Source: Alphaproteobacteria bacterium (GTDB lineage Bacteria; Pseudomonadota; Alphaproteobacteria; JAJFFI01). From it: a stretch of 64,000 nucleotides of DNA. The stretch covers positions 346 through 64,345 of the forward strand of contig JASJBI010000061.1 of assembly GCA_030066595.1 (NCBI GenBank). Reading direction: 5' to 3'. Shown in pieces: positions 23,534 through 32,600 of the stretch. The position numbers were made by a program, and so were the translations under genes. The first letter of the stretch is position 1, and every line of letters begins with the position of its first letter. Under the pieces are notes generated by a model. The model saw only the letters and a program-made list of their open reading frames with translations. It was not told the DNA's origin and made no database searches.

Positions 23534-24459
23534 GCGACGCCGGCGATGCCGCGCTGACCGCCCGACCGCCCCCCCTCCCCCTCCCGGTCGCGGCGGCAGC
23601 CGCGGGCGCCCTTCTGCTGTGGAGCGGCACGGCCATCGCCAACAAGATCGCCGTCGGCCATATGGACGCCATGACGGCGGGCATCCTGCGTTCGATGCTC
23701 GCGGGCCTGATCGCGGCCGGCGTCGCGCTGGCCTGCCGCTTTCCCTTTCCCCGCATCGGCCGGCAGCGGGGTCTGCTGGTACTGTCGGGGGTCGCGAGTT
23801 TCGCCGCCTGGCCCATGCTCTTGAGCCTGGGCCTCGGCCGCACCACCGCGAACCATGCCGGGCTGATCATGGCCATGATCCCGGTGTTCACCGGGCTGAT
23901 CGCCGCGGCCTTCGAGCGGCGCTGGCCGCGGCTCGGCTGGTGGGTCGGCGTCGCCCTCGCGCTCGTCGGCACCTTCTTTCTGGTGTTCCACCGCGGCGAT
24001 GGGACTTCGGATGCCGGCGAGGTCACCGTGCTGGGCGACTTGATCGTGCTCTCGGGCGTCGTCATCTGCGCGCTCGGCTATGTGACCGGCGGCAAGCTCT
24101 CGCCCGTGATCGGCACCTGGGCGACGACCTTCTGGGGCCTGGCGCTCGCCTGTCTGGTGCTGGTGCCCGCCTTCGCCCTGCTCGCCGAGCGGACCGACTG
24201 GAGCGCGGTCGGCAGCGCCGGCTGGCTTGCGATCGCCTATATGACGTTCCTGTCCTCGCTTTTGGGCTATGCCGCCTGGTTCTGGGCCCTGGGCCATGGC
24301 GGCATCGCCCGCATCGGCTCCTGGCAGTTTGCCCAGCCGGTCATGACCCTCGGCTTCGCGGCCCTGATCCTGGCCGAGGCGATCACCCTGCCGCTGCTGA
24401 TCTCTGCGGCCGCGATCCTGGCCGGCACGGCGATCGCCCAGCGCCAGGCGGCGCGTTGA
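23530..24459 (+). CDS. EamA/DMT family transporter
   Basis: 10 TM, duplicated EamA domains; GTG start overlaps the phzF stop (GTGA), implying translational coupling. Confidence 0.8.
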   Translation: MSDAGDAALTARPPPLPLPVAAAAAGALLLWSGTAIANKIAVGHMDAMTAGILRSMLAGLIAAGVALACRFPFPRIGRQRGLLVLSGVASFAAWPMLLSLGLGRTTANHAGLIMAMIPVFTGLIAAAFERRWPRLGWWVGVALALVGTFFLVFHRGDGTSDAGEVTVLGDLIVLSGVVICALGYVTGGKLSPVIGTWATTFWGLALACLVLVPAFALLAERTDWSAVGSAGWLAIAYMTFLSSLLGYAAWFWALGHGGIARIGSWQFAQPVMTLGFAALILAEAITLPLLISAAAILAGTAIAQRQAAR

Positions 24460-24503
24460 CCGCGGTCGGTGCAGGCGTTTAGATGCGGAAGATGAGGAAC
24501 GAC

Positions 24504-25505
24504 ATGAGCACGCTGACAGAGCTGGAGCAGGCGGCGGAGCTGGTGCACCGCCACATGACGCCGACGGCGGAGATCTCTTGGCCGCTGCTGTGCGCGCGGG
24601 CCGGCTGCACGGTCTGGGTCAAGCACGAGAACCAGACCCCGATCGGCGCCTTCAAGATCCGCGGCGGGCTGGTCTACATGGAGGCGTTGCGCCGACGCGA
24701 GCCCGACGTGACCGGCGTGATCGCCGCTACCCGGGGCAACCACGGCCAGAGCGTCGCCTTGGCCGCGCGCAAGAACGGGCTCACCGCCACCATCGTCTGC
24801 CCGCAGGGAAACAGCGTCGAGAAGAACGCCGCCATGCGGGCCTTCGGGGCCGAGCTCGTGGAGCACGGGCACGACTTTCAGGACGCGCTGGAGCACGCCC
24901 GCGCCCTGCGCGAGGAGCGCGGGCTGCACATGGTGGAATCCTTCCACCCGAACTTGGTGCTGGGCGTGGCCTCCTACAGCCTCGAGTTCCTCGCGGCGGT
25001 GGACGCGCTGGACACGGTCTATGTGCCGATCGGGCTGGGCTCCGGGATCTGCGGCATGATCGCGGCGCGCGACGCGCTCGGCCGCAAGACCAAGATCGTC
25101 GGCGTGGTCGCGGAGAACGCGCCGGCTTATGCGCTCTCCTTCGAGACCGGCGGACCGGTGTCCACCAACTCCGCCGACACCTTCGCCGACGGCGTGGCCT
25201 GCCGCAGCACGGCCCCGGCGGCGGTCGAGATCATCAACCGGGGCGCCGATCGCATCGTCAAGGTGAGCGAAGAGGAGATCGCCACGGCCATGCGCTGCTA
25301 CTACACCGACACCCACAACCTGGCGGAGGGCGCGGGCGCGGCGGCGCTGGCCGCCCTGCTGCAGGAGAAGGACAAAATGGCGGGCAAGACAGTCGGCCTG
25401 GTGCTGTCCGGCGGCAATATCGATGTAGACCTCTACCGCGCGGTGCTGGCCGGCGGCGTGCCCGCGGTTGGGACACCGGCCCCGGCCCAGCGGGCGCATG
25501 CGTGA
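24504..25505 (+). CDS. PLP-dependent threonine/serine dehydratase family enzyme (fold type II)
   Basis: PLP-lysine region HENQTPIGAFKIRGG, Gly-rich loop; ~333 aa without regulatory ACT domains. Confidence 0.75.
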   Translation: MSTLTELEQAAELVHRHMTPTAEISWPLLCARAGCTVWVKHENQTPIGAFKIRGGLVYMEALRRREPDVTGVIAATRGNHGQSVALAARKNGLTATIVCPQGNSVEKNAAMRAFGAELVEHGHDFQDALEHARALREERGLHMVESFHPNLVLGVASYSLEFLAAVDALDTVYVPIGLGSGICGMIAARDALGRKTKIVGVVAENAPAYALSFETGGPVSTNSADTFADGVACRSTAPAAVEIINRGADRIVKVSEEEIATAMRCYYTDTHNLAEGAGAAALAALLQEKDKMAGKTVGLVLSGGNIDVDLYRAVLAGGVPAVGTPAPAQRAHA

Positions 25506-25568
25506 GGGCGGACCGGCGACGCGTATCGGCCGATTCTCTGCACTGAATGATCTGAGAGGGAGCGAGCG

Positions 25569-26282
25569 ATGACGACCGAGGAAATCTTCCGCAGCGACTC
25601 CTACGCCAAGAGCTGCGAGGCCGAGGTGGTGGCGGCCGACGCCGCCGGCATCCGCCTCGACCGCACGGTGTTCTACCCGGAAGGCGGCGGCCAGCCCGGC
25701 GATACGGGCGTGCTGCGCCTGACCGAGGGCGGCGAGATCCGCATCGTCGACACCCGCCAGGACAAGGTCTTGGGCGGCATCGTCCACATTCCGGCCGAGG
25801 GCATGGCCCTGCCCGCCCCCGGCGCCCGCGTGATCGCCGAGATCGATTGGGACCGGCGCTATCGACTCATGCGCATCCACACCTGCCTGCATCTCTTGTG
25901 CGCGGTGATCGAGGGCGACGTGACCGGCGGTTCGATCGGCGACGGCAAGGGGCGGCTCGACTTCAATCTGCCGGACACCAGCCTGGACAAAGAGCACATC
26001 ACCGCGGAGCTCAACCGGCTGATCGAAGAGGACCACGCGGTCGGACCGCGCTGGGTCGACGAATCCGAGCTCGACGCCAAGCCCGAGCTGGTGCGCACCA
26101 TGTCGGTGAAGCCGCCGCGCGGCGCGGGCCAGGTGCGGCTCTTGGACATCCCCGGCGTCGACCTGCAGCCCTGCGGCGGCACCCATGTGGCGCGCACCGG
26201 CGAGATCGGCCCCGTCGTGGTCGGCAAGATCGAGAACAAGGGCCGCCAGAACCGGCGCGTCAACATCCGCTTCGCCGACTAG
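25569..26282 (+). CDS. AlaX-M type alanyl-tRNA editing (trans-editing) protein
   Basis: Zn/editing motifs HTCLHLL and CGGTHV; homology to the AlaRS editing domain. Confidence 0.75.
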   Translation: MTTEEIFRSDSYAKSCEAEVVAADAAGIRLDRTVFYPEGGGQPGDTGVLRLTEGGEIRIVDTRQDKVLGGIVHIPAEGMALPAPGARVIAEIDWDRRYRLMRIHTCLHLLCAVIEGDVTGGSIGDGKGRLDFNLPDTSLDKEHITAELNRLIEEDHAVGPRWVDESELDAKPELVRTMSVKPPRGAGQVRLLDIPGVDLQPCGGTHVARTGEIGPVVVGKIENKGRQNRRVNIRFAD

Positions 26283-26450
26283 GCCCTGTTCACACCTGCC
26301 TCTGCCACATCACGGCGGCGCTCAAGGACGCCCTGGAGAGGACTGATGCGACGGCGGTTCTGTCGCGACGGGCTGCGAGCCACCCGACGTCTTCAGGCAG
26401 TCCGCGACCGATCGAGCGCACGCGACCAGTGATAGCCGTCTGTACCCTCC

Positions 26451-26495
26451 TGCTTGACAGGCTAATTCGTCATATATAGATAATTCATATATGAA
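26451..26495 (+). promoter_or_regulatory. AT-rich marR promoter with repeated TCATATAT / CATATATG palindromic boxes (candidate MarR operator)
   Basis: TTGACAggctaattcgTCATATATagataatTCATATATGAaacg immediately upstream of marR ATG 26491. Confidence 0.35.
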
Positions 26496-26934
26496 ACGTT
26501 TTCGCATCCAGCAGAGCGGCCAGGGCGAGCAGGACCGGCAGCTCATGTTTTCCCTCGTCAACGCCGGGCGTGCCATCGAGCAACGCCTGGAAGACGCTTT
26601 GGCGGGCGTTGGGCTGTCGCTTGCGAAATTCGGCGCGTTGACGCATCTCATGGAAGCGGGCGAGCCCCTCAACCTGAGCGAATGCGCCAAGAAAATGACC
26701 TGCGTGCGCTCCAACATCACGCAGCTCATGGACCGGCTCGAGGCCGACGGCTTGGTCCGGCGCGTCGACGATCCGCAGGACCGCCGGGCGGTCAGGGCCG
26801 CGGTGACAGAGCTCGGGGCCGAGCGCCAGGCGGCCGGCGCGAAGGAGGTGGCGAAAGTGCAGGCCGCGCTGGCCGCGACGTTGAACGGCACCGACCACGG
26901 CGCACTGCAGCGCGCGCTATCGGCGATCAAGTAG
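26491..26934 (+). CDS. MarR family transcriptional regulator
   Basis: wHTH LNLSECAKKMTCVRSNITQLMDRLEADGLVRRVDDPQDRR. Confidence 0.85.
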   Translation: MKRFRIQQSGQGEQDRQLMFSLVNAGRAIEQRLEDALAGVGLSLAKFGALTHLMEAGEPLNLSECAKKMTCVRSNITQLMDRLEADGLVRRVDDPQDRRAVRAAVTELGAERQAAGAKEVAKVQAALAATLNGTDHGALQRALSAIK

Positions 26935-27236
26935 GCAACCCCCTTTTTTCGGCCGTTGATACATATATGAACAATATAGTTATGAACTTTACAGTCGAGA
27001 CCCTAATCACTTCGTCCAGCGGGGAGCTCGTTAAATGAAGCAACTGTTGGCAATCACAGTAGAGATCTGCGCGGTCCCGGTTCTCGTGATCGGGAGGGTG
27101 AAGGATCAGCTGTATGAATTCCTGTTCATCGCCTCCCCGCTGAGAATGCGGGGCGCGACCGCCTCGCCGATCCGGCCGCTGGCGATTCCGATCCGGCACA
27201 ACCCGTGAAACGCTTCGCAACAGGAGAACCAATCCG

Positions 27237-27524
27237 ATGTTTATCGTCCTTCTGAAGTTCTCGGACAACAAAGGTCAAGCCGGCCAATTCATGGACGGCC
27301 ACAATGCATGGCTCCGGCGCGGTTTCGATGACGGTGTGTTCTTGTTGGCCGGGAGTCTGCAACCCGGTCTGGGCGGTGGGATCGTGGCGCACGACACGTC
27401 GCTGTCAGACTTGCAAAGCAGAGTGAATGCCGATCCCTTCGTGGCCGAGAAGGTGGTGGAAGCCGAGATCCTGGAAATCACCCCTGCAAAGGCCGATACA
27501 CGGCTGACTTTCCTGCTCGATTGA
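27237..27524 (+). CDS. YciI family protein (Dabb fold)
   Basis: MFIVLLKFSD... 95 aa, YciI-like ferredoxin-like fold. Confidence 0.7.
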   Translation: MFIVLLKFSDNKGQAGQFMDGHNAWLRRGFDDGVFLLAGSLQPGLGGGIVAHDTSLSDLQSRVNADPFVAEKVVEAEILEITPAKADTRLTFLLD

Positions 27525-27599
27525 GCAATCCGCCGCCCCAGGCTTTCCGGAAGACGATCGGCAAGCCTGGGGCGGCAATGAGCGAGGGACAATGGCCAT

Positions 27600-28211
27600 A
27601 TGAGCGCGACAATAGCGGGACCCGACGGGAAATTGCGTTGCCGCTGGTGCGCCGCCGCGCCGGAATTTCTCGACTATCACGATACCGAATGGGGTTTCCC
27701 GGTCAGCGACGATCATCGCCTGTTCGAGAAACTGTGTCTGGAGGGTTTTCAATCCGGACTGAGCTGGCGCACCATCCTCGCCAAGCGCGAGAACTTCCGG
27801 GCTGCGTTCGATAATTTCGACTTCGACAGGGTCGCCCGCTTCACCGATCGCGACCGCGATCGCCTGCTCGAAGACGAAGGGATCGTCCGCCACCGCGGCA
27901 AGATCGAGGCGGTCATCAACAATGCGCGACGGGCCCGGGAATGCGTCAAACAGGAAGGCTCGCTGGCGGCCTTCCTCTGGCGTTACGAGCCTAAAGCCGA
28001 GCAGCTTGCAAAACCGCAGACTGCATCGACCTCGGCGGCGTCGACCGCGCTCTCGAAGGACCTGAAGAAGCGCGGCTGGAAGTTCGTCGGGCCCACGACG
28101 GTCTATGCCTTCATGCAGGCGATGGGGCTGATCAACGATCATGTCGAGGACTGCGTGATCCGAGCCAAGGTTGAACGCGCGCGCAAGAGCTTCACCCGGC
28201 CAGGGAGCTGA
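27600..28211 (+). CDS. tag: DNA-3-methyladenine glycosylase I
   Basis: CRWCAAAPEFLDYHDTEWGFPVSDDHRLFEKLCLEGFQSGLSW is the Tag signature with zinc-snap cysteines. Confidence 0.9.
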   Translation: MSATIAGPDGKLRCRWCAAAPEFLDYHDTEWGFPVSDDHRLFEKLCLEGFQSGLSWRTILAKRENFRAAFDNFDFDRVARFTDRDRDRLLEDEGIVRHRGKIEAVINNARRARECVKQEGSLAAFLWRYEPKAEQLAKPQTASTSAASTALSKDLKKRGWKFVGPTTVYAFMQAMGLINDHVEDCVIRAKVERARKSFTRPGS

Positions 28212-28318
28212 GGGTCCGTTCAATCCCCTGATCGTAAGCAGTGCCTAGTCTGTCTTGCGGCGCCAACCGCAGCGCCCGCGCTTGCGTTGCCGCCGTGCGT
28301 CGGACATGACTCCGGCCC

Positions 28319-29563
28319 ATGAGGATTTTGGTCTGCGCCGCGGGCAGTTACGGCGACATCTTTCCCTTTGTCGGACTGGGCCGGGCCCTGCGGCTGCGCG
28401 GGCACGAGGTGCTGTTTCTGGCCAACCCGTTCTTCCGGGACGTCGTCGAGGCGGAGGGGCTTGAGCTTGTCCCAGTGGGGGATGTCGCGTCCTTCCGAGC
28501 GAATCTCGAGGACCCGGACCTCTGGGACCTCAAGCGCGGACCGGCACTGGTGCTGGACGCCGTCATGCGGCATGTGCCGGAGGCCTACGAGACGATGCGC
28601 GGACTGCTCCGGCGGGGTGAGACCGTTCTCGTCGCCTCAACGCTCGCCTTCCCGGCGCGTCTGCTTCAGGAATCCCACGGCGTTCCGCTGGCGACGGTTC
28701 ACCTCGCACCCGGCCTGTTTCGCTCGGCGCGGGACCCGGTCCATTTTCCCTTCGCCTCCATTCCCGAGCGGGCGCCGGGCTGGCTCAAGCGCGGGCTCTA
28801 TTGGTTGACGGATCGTCTGATGATCGACCCGCTCATCGCCCCCAAGCTGAATGCCTACCGCTCGACCCTCGGCCTGCCACCGGTGCGTCGGATCTTCCAC
28901 GACTGGATGCATTCGCCCGACCTGGTGATCGGGATGTTCCCGGACCGCTTCGCCCCGCCGCGGGATGATTGGCCGGCCCAGACCCGCCTGACGGGGTTCC
29001 CGCTCTATGACGCGGCGGCGCACGAGCCGATGCCCACGGCGGTGGCTGCATTTCTCGCCGACGGTCCGCCGCCGGTCCTGTTCGCGCCGGGCACCGCCAA
29101 TACGGTCGCGGAAGACTTTTTTCGCGCGTCCTTGGCGGCCTGCGAGCGGGCCGGCCTGCGGGCGCTGTTGGTGACGCGCTACGCCGATCAAGTGCCCACC
29201 CCACTGCCCCCATGGGCGATGCACGCGCACTATGTGCCGTTTTCCCAGGCCCTGCCGGGCATGCACGGCTTCGTCCATCACGGCGGGATCGGCACGCTGA
29301 GCCAGGGGCTGCACGCGGGCGTGCCGCAGATCATTCGGCCGGTCGCCTTCGATCAGTTCGACAACGCGGCCCGGGCGCGCGCGCTCGGCGTGGCAGAGGT
29401 CATCTTGCCGCGACACTATGAGGCCGATACCGTCGCGGGCGCGTTGCGGCGTGCGGCCGCCCCCGACAGACGGCAAGCCAGCGCCGATCTTGCCAACGCG
29501 CTTGCCGGCACGTCCGACTTGTCGGAGGCCGCCCGGCTGATCGAGGCACTCGGGCATGGCTGA
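28319..29563 (+). CDS. GT1-family (GT-B) glycosyltransferase, MGT/UDP-glycosyltransferase-like
   Basis: C-terminal nucleotide-sugar motif FVHHGGIGTLSQGLHAGVPQII...FDQFDNA; N-terminal acceptor domain MRILVCAAGSYGDIFPFVGL. Confidence 0.75.
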   Translation: MRILVCAAGSYGDIFPFVGLGRALRLRGHEVLFLANPFFRDVVEAEGLELVPVGDVASFRANLEDPDLWDLKRGPALVLDAVMRHVPEAYETMRGLLRRGETVLVASTLAFPARLLQESHGVPLATVHLAPGLFRSARDPVHFPFASIPERAPGWLKRGLYWLTDRLMIDPLIAPKLNAYRSTLGLPPVRRIFHDWMHSPDLVIGMFPDRFAPPRDDWPAQTRLTGFPLYDAAAHEPMPTAVAAFLADGPPPVLFAPGTANTVAEDFFRASLAACERAGLRALLVTRYADQVPTPLPPWAMHAHYVPFSQALPGMHGFVHHGGIGTLSQGLHAGVPQIIRPVAFDQFDNAARARALGVAEVILPRHYEADTVAGALRRAAAPDRRQASADLANALAGTSDLSEAARLIEALGHG

Positions 29564-29652
29564 GCGGGCGGGCGCTATGCGCACCTATCCGCACATCGGC
29601 ATCCAATCCCTTGAAAAGGCTCCGATAGTCCTGGTCAAGATCATCAAGTGAT

Positions 29653-30555
29653 CTAGATATGCCGGGCAATGGCGACGGCGACGGCGGATCCGGCGCCCAC
29701 CATCCGGCACCAGGCCCTGGCAAACGCGCCGGGTGAGCCGTCGCAGGCCTGCCGCGCCTCGTCGCGGTGGCGCGCCTCGTCCTGGCGGCAGCGCTCCAAA
29801 AGGGACCGGACCTCCGCATGGCTGCCCTCTCGCGACAATCGGTCCACCTGGGCGGCGTAGTGGCGGTCGACGAAGGTCTCGACCGCAGCAATCGTGGCGA
29901 ACACCGCCCGGCCACCGAATAGAGCGGGCATGGCGCCGGTCAGGAACCCGGCCAGCCGCCAAAGGGGCAGCAGGGCGCTCCGCGACCGCGCCGGAAGGAT
30001 CGTCTCGATCAGCGCGAGATGGTCCTGCTCGGTCTTGAGGTGGGCTGAGGCGAAGGTCCGGAGTGTCGCCGAGCGGGAGACGGCAAGGATGCCCCGGTAG
30101 ATGGCGATGGCGCCGGTCTCGCCCGCGTGATCGGAGCGAAGCTCACGGACGAGCCAGGGTGGAAAGGCGCCGCGAGCCGAGGGCTGGCGTGCCCGGGCGA
30201 ACGCCTGCAGCCGGGGGCGAACGCGGAGAAAGAGGGTGTAGCCATGGTTCAAGACCCAGACGAGCGGTCGCGCCTGGAAGACGCGCCCGACCACGCGAAA
30301 GCCTGGCAGCGCCGCCCAAAGGCTGGCGAAGGCCTCGCCGCCGGAAACGAGCCGTCCCTCGGCATCCCGTACATGGAACCGGGCGAGCGCCTGTTCCCTC
30401 GACAGGCCTGGCGCGATCTCGGTCCCGCGCGCACGGCTGACGTCGATCCAGGAGATGCGCTCGGCACCCCGGCGCCGCCGATAGAACGAGATTTCCCGTT
30501 CGCAGACGGGGCAGGCCCCATCATAGAAAACCGTGAGCTTTGCGGTATTCGGCAT
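29653..30555 (-). CDS. coq7: Fusion protein: thiol-disulfide oxidoreductase DCC (DUF393) domain + COQ7-family demethoxyubiquinone hydroxylase
   Basis: N-terminal TVFYDGACPVCEREISFYRRR (DCC CxxC); C-terminal SDHAGETGAIAIYRG, EQDHLALIE, FVDRHYAAQ, DEARHRDEA (di-iron ferritin-like COQ7 ligands). ATG 30555; the track ORF's first 98 aa are rejected. Confidence 0.7.
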   Translation of the reverse strand: MPNTAKLTVFYDGACPVCEREISFYRRRRGAERISWIDVSRARGTEIAPGLSREQALARFHVRDAEGRLVSGGEAFASLWAALPGFRVVGRVFQARPLVWVLNHGYTLFLRVRPRLQAFARARQPSARGAFPPWLVRELRSDHAGETGAIAIYRGILAVSRSATLRTFASAHLKTEQDHLALIETILPARSRSALLPLWRLAGFLTGAMPALFGGRAVFATIAAVETFVDRHYAAQVDRLSREGSHAEVRSLLERCRQDEARHRDEARQACDGSPGAFARAWCRMVGAGSAVAVAIARHI

Positions 30556-30821
30556 TCGGGCAAGCGCTCGGGTTTCGCTCTCTCGGTTGCTGGATTGTTG
30601 TCTGATCTTAGTACGTTGGTGCCAGCGCCGCAGATCGCATCTGTTCGGCGCACGGTCGGCGGACCCCGAGCACCCGTTTGCAGCAAGAGAGACGGAAACG
30701 GCCCCCGACGCCCCGTTCACCTGCTCTCCTGATCTGGGCGCGGGCCCGACGCGTACGACTCTGTGATCCACCGGCGGCAGAGAGCCACCCGCCTGCCTCA
30801 CCAACTGTTTCGAGGACCGCG

Positions 30822-31460
30822 ATGCCTTACGACTGCACTGAACCCGCACCGGTGCCAGACCAAACTGCGGACGCGCCGTCGGTCAAGCCCAACCGTCCCG
30901 GCACGGCGGCGGCCGAAGCCGCAGTCCGTACCCTGCTCGCCTTCGCCGGCGACGATCCGACGCGCGAAGGGCTCCTGGACACCCCGTCGCGGGTGGCCCG
31001 CGCCTACCAAGAGATGTTCGCAGGCTACGAAGTCGACCCGCACGCCTTTCTCGAACGCACATTTTCCGAGACCGACGGCTACGACGAGATGGTGGTGATG
31101 CGGGACATCGCCTTCGTGAGCCACTGCGAGCACCACATGCTTCCGTTCATCGGCTCCGCGCATGTCGCTTATCTGCCCGACCGCCGCGTCGTCGGCATCA
31201 GCAAGCTGGCTCGCGTCGTCGACGCCTTCGCCCGGCGCCTCCAGATCCAGGAGAAGCTGACCGTGCAGATCGCCGATGCGATCGATACCGTGCTCGAGCC
31301 GCACGGCGTCGGCGTCGTGCTGAGGGCCCAGCACCAATGCATGACTCTGCGCGGGGTGGGCAAGCCGGGCGTATCCATGGTGACCAGCCGCATGACCGGG
31401 GCGTTCCGCGAAAACCCGGCGACCCGCCGCGAATTCCTTGCCATGATCGGCGAAGCGTGA
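30822..31460 (+). CDS. folE: GTP cyclohydrolase I FolE
   Basis: [31 protein letters not shown]; GAGGA Shine-Dalgarno before ATG 30822. Confidence 0.9.
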   Translation: MPYDCTEPAPVPDQTADAPSVKPNRPGTAAAEAAVRTLLAFAGDDPTREGLLDTPSRVARAYQEMFAGYEVDPHAFLERTFSETDGYDEMVVMRDIAFVSHCEHHMLPFIGSAHVAYLPDRRVVGISKLARVVDAFARRLQIQEKLTVQIADAIDTVLEPHGVGVVLRAQHQCMTLRGVGKPGVSMVTSRMTGAFRENPATRREFLAMIGEA

Positions 31461-31515
31461 GGCATCGCCCGCATTGGCGCGGGCGGGCTGCGCCCAGGCG
31501 TCGATGAGGTTGCAG

Positions 31516-31905
31516 ATGATTACCGTCACCCCGATTTATGCCGGACTGCTCGGCCTGTTCTACATCGTGCTCGCGAGCAACGTGATCCGGACCCGCCACA
31601 CAACGGGCGTCAATCTGGGCCATGGCGACGAGCCGCTGCTCGAGCGGCGCATCCGGGCGCATGGCAATTTCGCAGAGTACGCGCCGATTGCTCTGTTGCT
31701 CATCGCTCTCGCCGAGGCCGGCGGCGTGGCGGACTGGGCGATCCACGCGCTTGGCGTGGCACTGCTCCTCGGCCGCGGGATGCATGGCTATGCGCTCTCC
31801 TCGCTCACGCTCCGGCCCATAGCCCGGACCGCCGGCATGGCGATCACGCTCACCGTGATCGGGTTTGCCGCGGCCGCCTGCCTGACCGTGGCGATCTCCT
31901 CGTAA
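31516..31905 (+). CDS. MAPEG family membrane protein
   Basis: ~129 aa, 3-4 TM, NFAEYAPIALLLIAL... pattern of the MAPEG/glutathione-transferase-like membrane family. Confidence 0.6.
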   Translation: MITVTPIYAGLLGLFYIVLASNVIRTRHTTGVNLGHGDEPLLERRIRAHGNFAEYAPIALLLIALAEAGGVADWAIHALGVALLLGRGMHGYALSSLTLRPIARTAGMAITLTVIGFAAAACLTVAISS

Positions 31906-31921
31906 ATGGCGTGAACAGCGG

Positions 31922-32551
31922 CTACTGATTTTCCGTACTGCGCAAGGCCATGCCGATGCGCCGGAGCGTTTCGGGGATCGCTGCGTCCAGCACCTCCCGC
32001 GACAGATCCAGCTTCTCGGCCGCGTCGGACTGCAGGATGCTCGACAGGCCGTGAATGGTGGACCAGATGAAGAGCGCGTCCAGGTCCGTGCGCCCCGCGC
32101 TGTCCTGGTCTGGGCGCCGGTCGGGCAGCTGGGCTATGGCGTCCTGCAGAAGGGAGAAGGCGTGCCGGGCCTTCTGCATCATGTCGGGATGCTGCTCCGG
32201 GTCGGGCAACGGCGTGCCGAACATGAGGCGGTACTGGAGCGGGTGCGCCTGCGCATAGCTGAGATAGGCGCGGCCCATTTCCCCGAGATCAAGGTAGGGA
32301 TCGCCGGTGCGCGGCCGTTCGTCGAGATGCCGGGCAAAAGTCTCGAAGGCCCGGGCGACGATCTCCGCCAGGATGTGATCCCGGCTCTCGAAATGCTTGT
32401 AGGGCGCCTGGTGCGACACGCCGAGCCGGCGTGCGACCTCCCGAAGGCTCAGCCGCTCGACGCCCGCGGTCTCGATGATCGCCAGCGCCTCCTGGATGCA
32501 GGCCTCGCGCAGGTCGCGGGATCTTGCTTTTCGAACAGCCATTCGCGGCAC
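31922..32551 (-). CDS. TetR/AcrR family transcriptional regulator
   Basis: HTH LSLREVARRLGVSHQAPYKHFESRDHI. Confidence 0.85.
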   Translation of the reverse strand: MPRMAVRKARSRDLREACIQEALAIIETAGVERLSLREVARRLGVSHQAPYKHFESRDHILAEIVARAFETFARHLDERPRTGDPYLDLGEMGRAYLSYAQAHPLQYRLMFGTPLPDPEQHPDMMQKARHAFSLLQDAIAQLPDRRPDQDSAGRTDLDALFIWSTIHGLSSILQSDAAEKLDLSREVLDAAIPETLRRIGMALRSTENQ

Positions 32552-32600
32552 CGTAATTCAGCCGCGAAAACCCGTCGAGTCCGAGGCCCGTTGGAAACTG

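Noticed and set aside
27035-27208. 57-aa ORF MKQLLAITVEICAVPVLVIGRVKDQLYEFLFIASPLRMRGATASPIRPLAIPIRHNP between marR and yciI
   Set aside because: Too short and unsupported to call; mentioned only as possible leader peptide.
30556-30849. 98-aa N-terminal extension of the DCC-COQ7 ORF
   Set aside because: Arg/Ser-rich low complexity; DCC domains start near MPNTAKLTVFYDGACP (ATG 30555).
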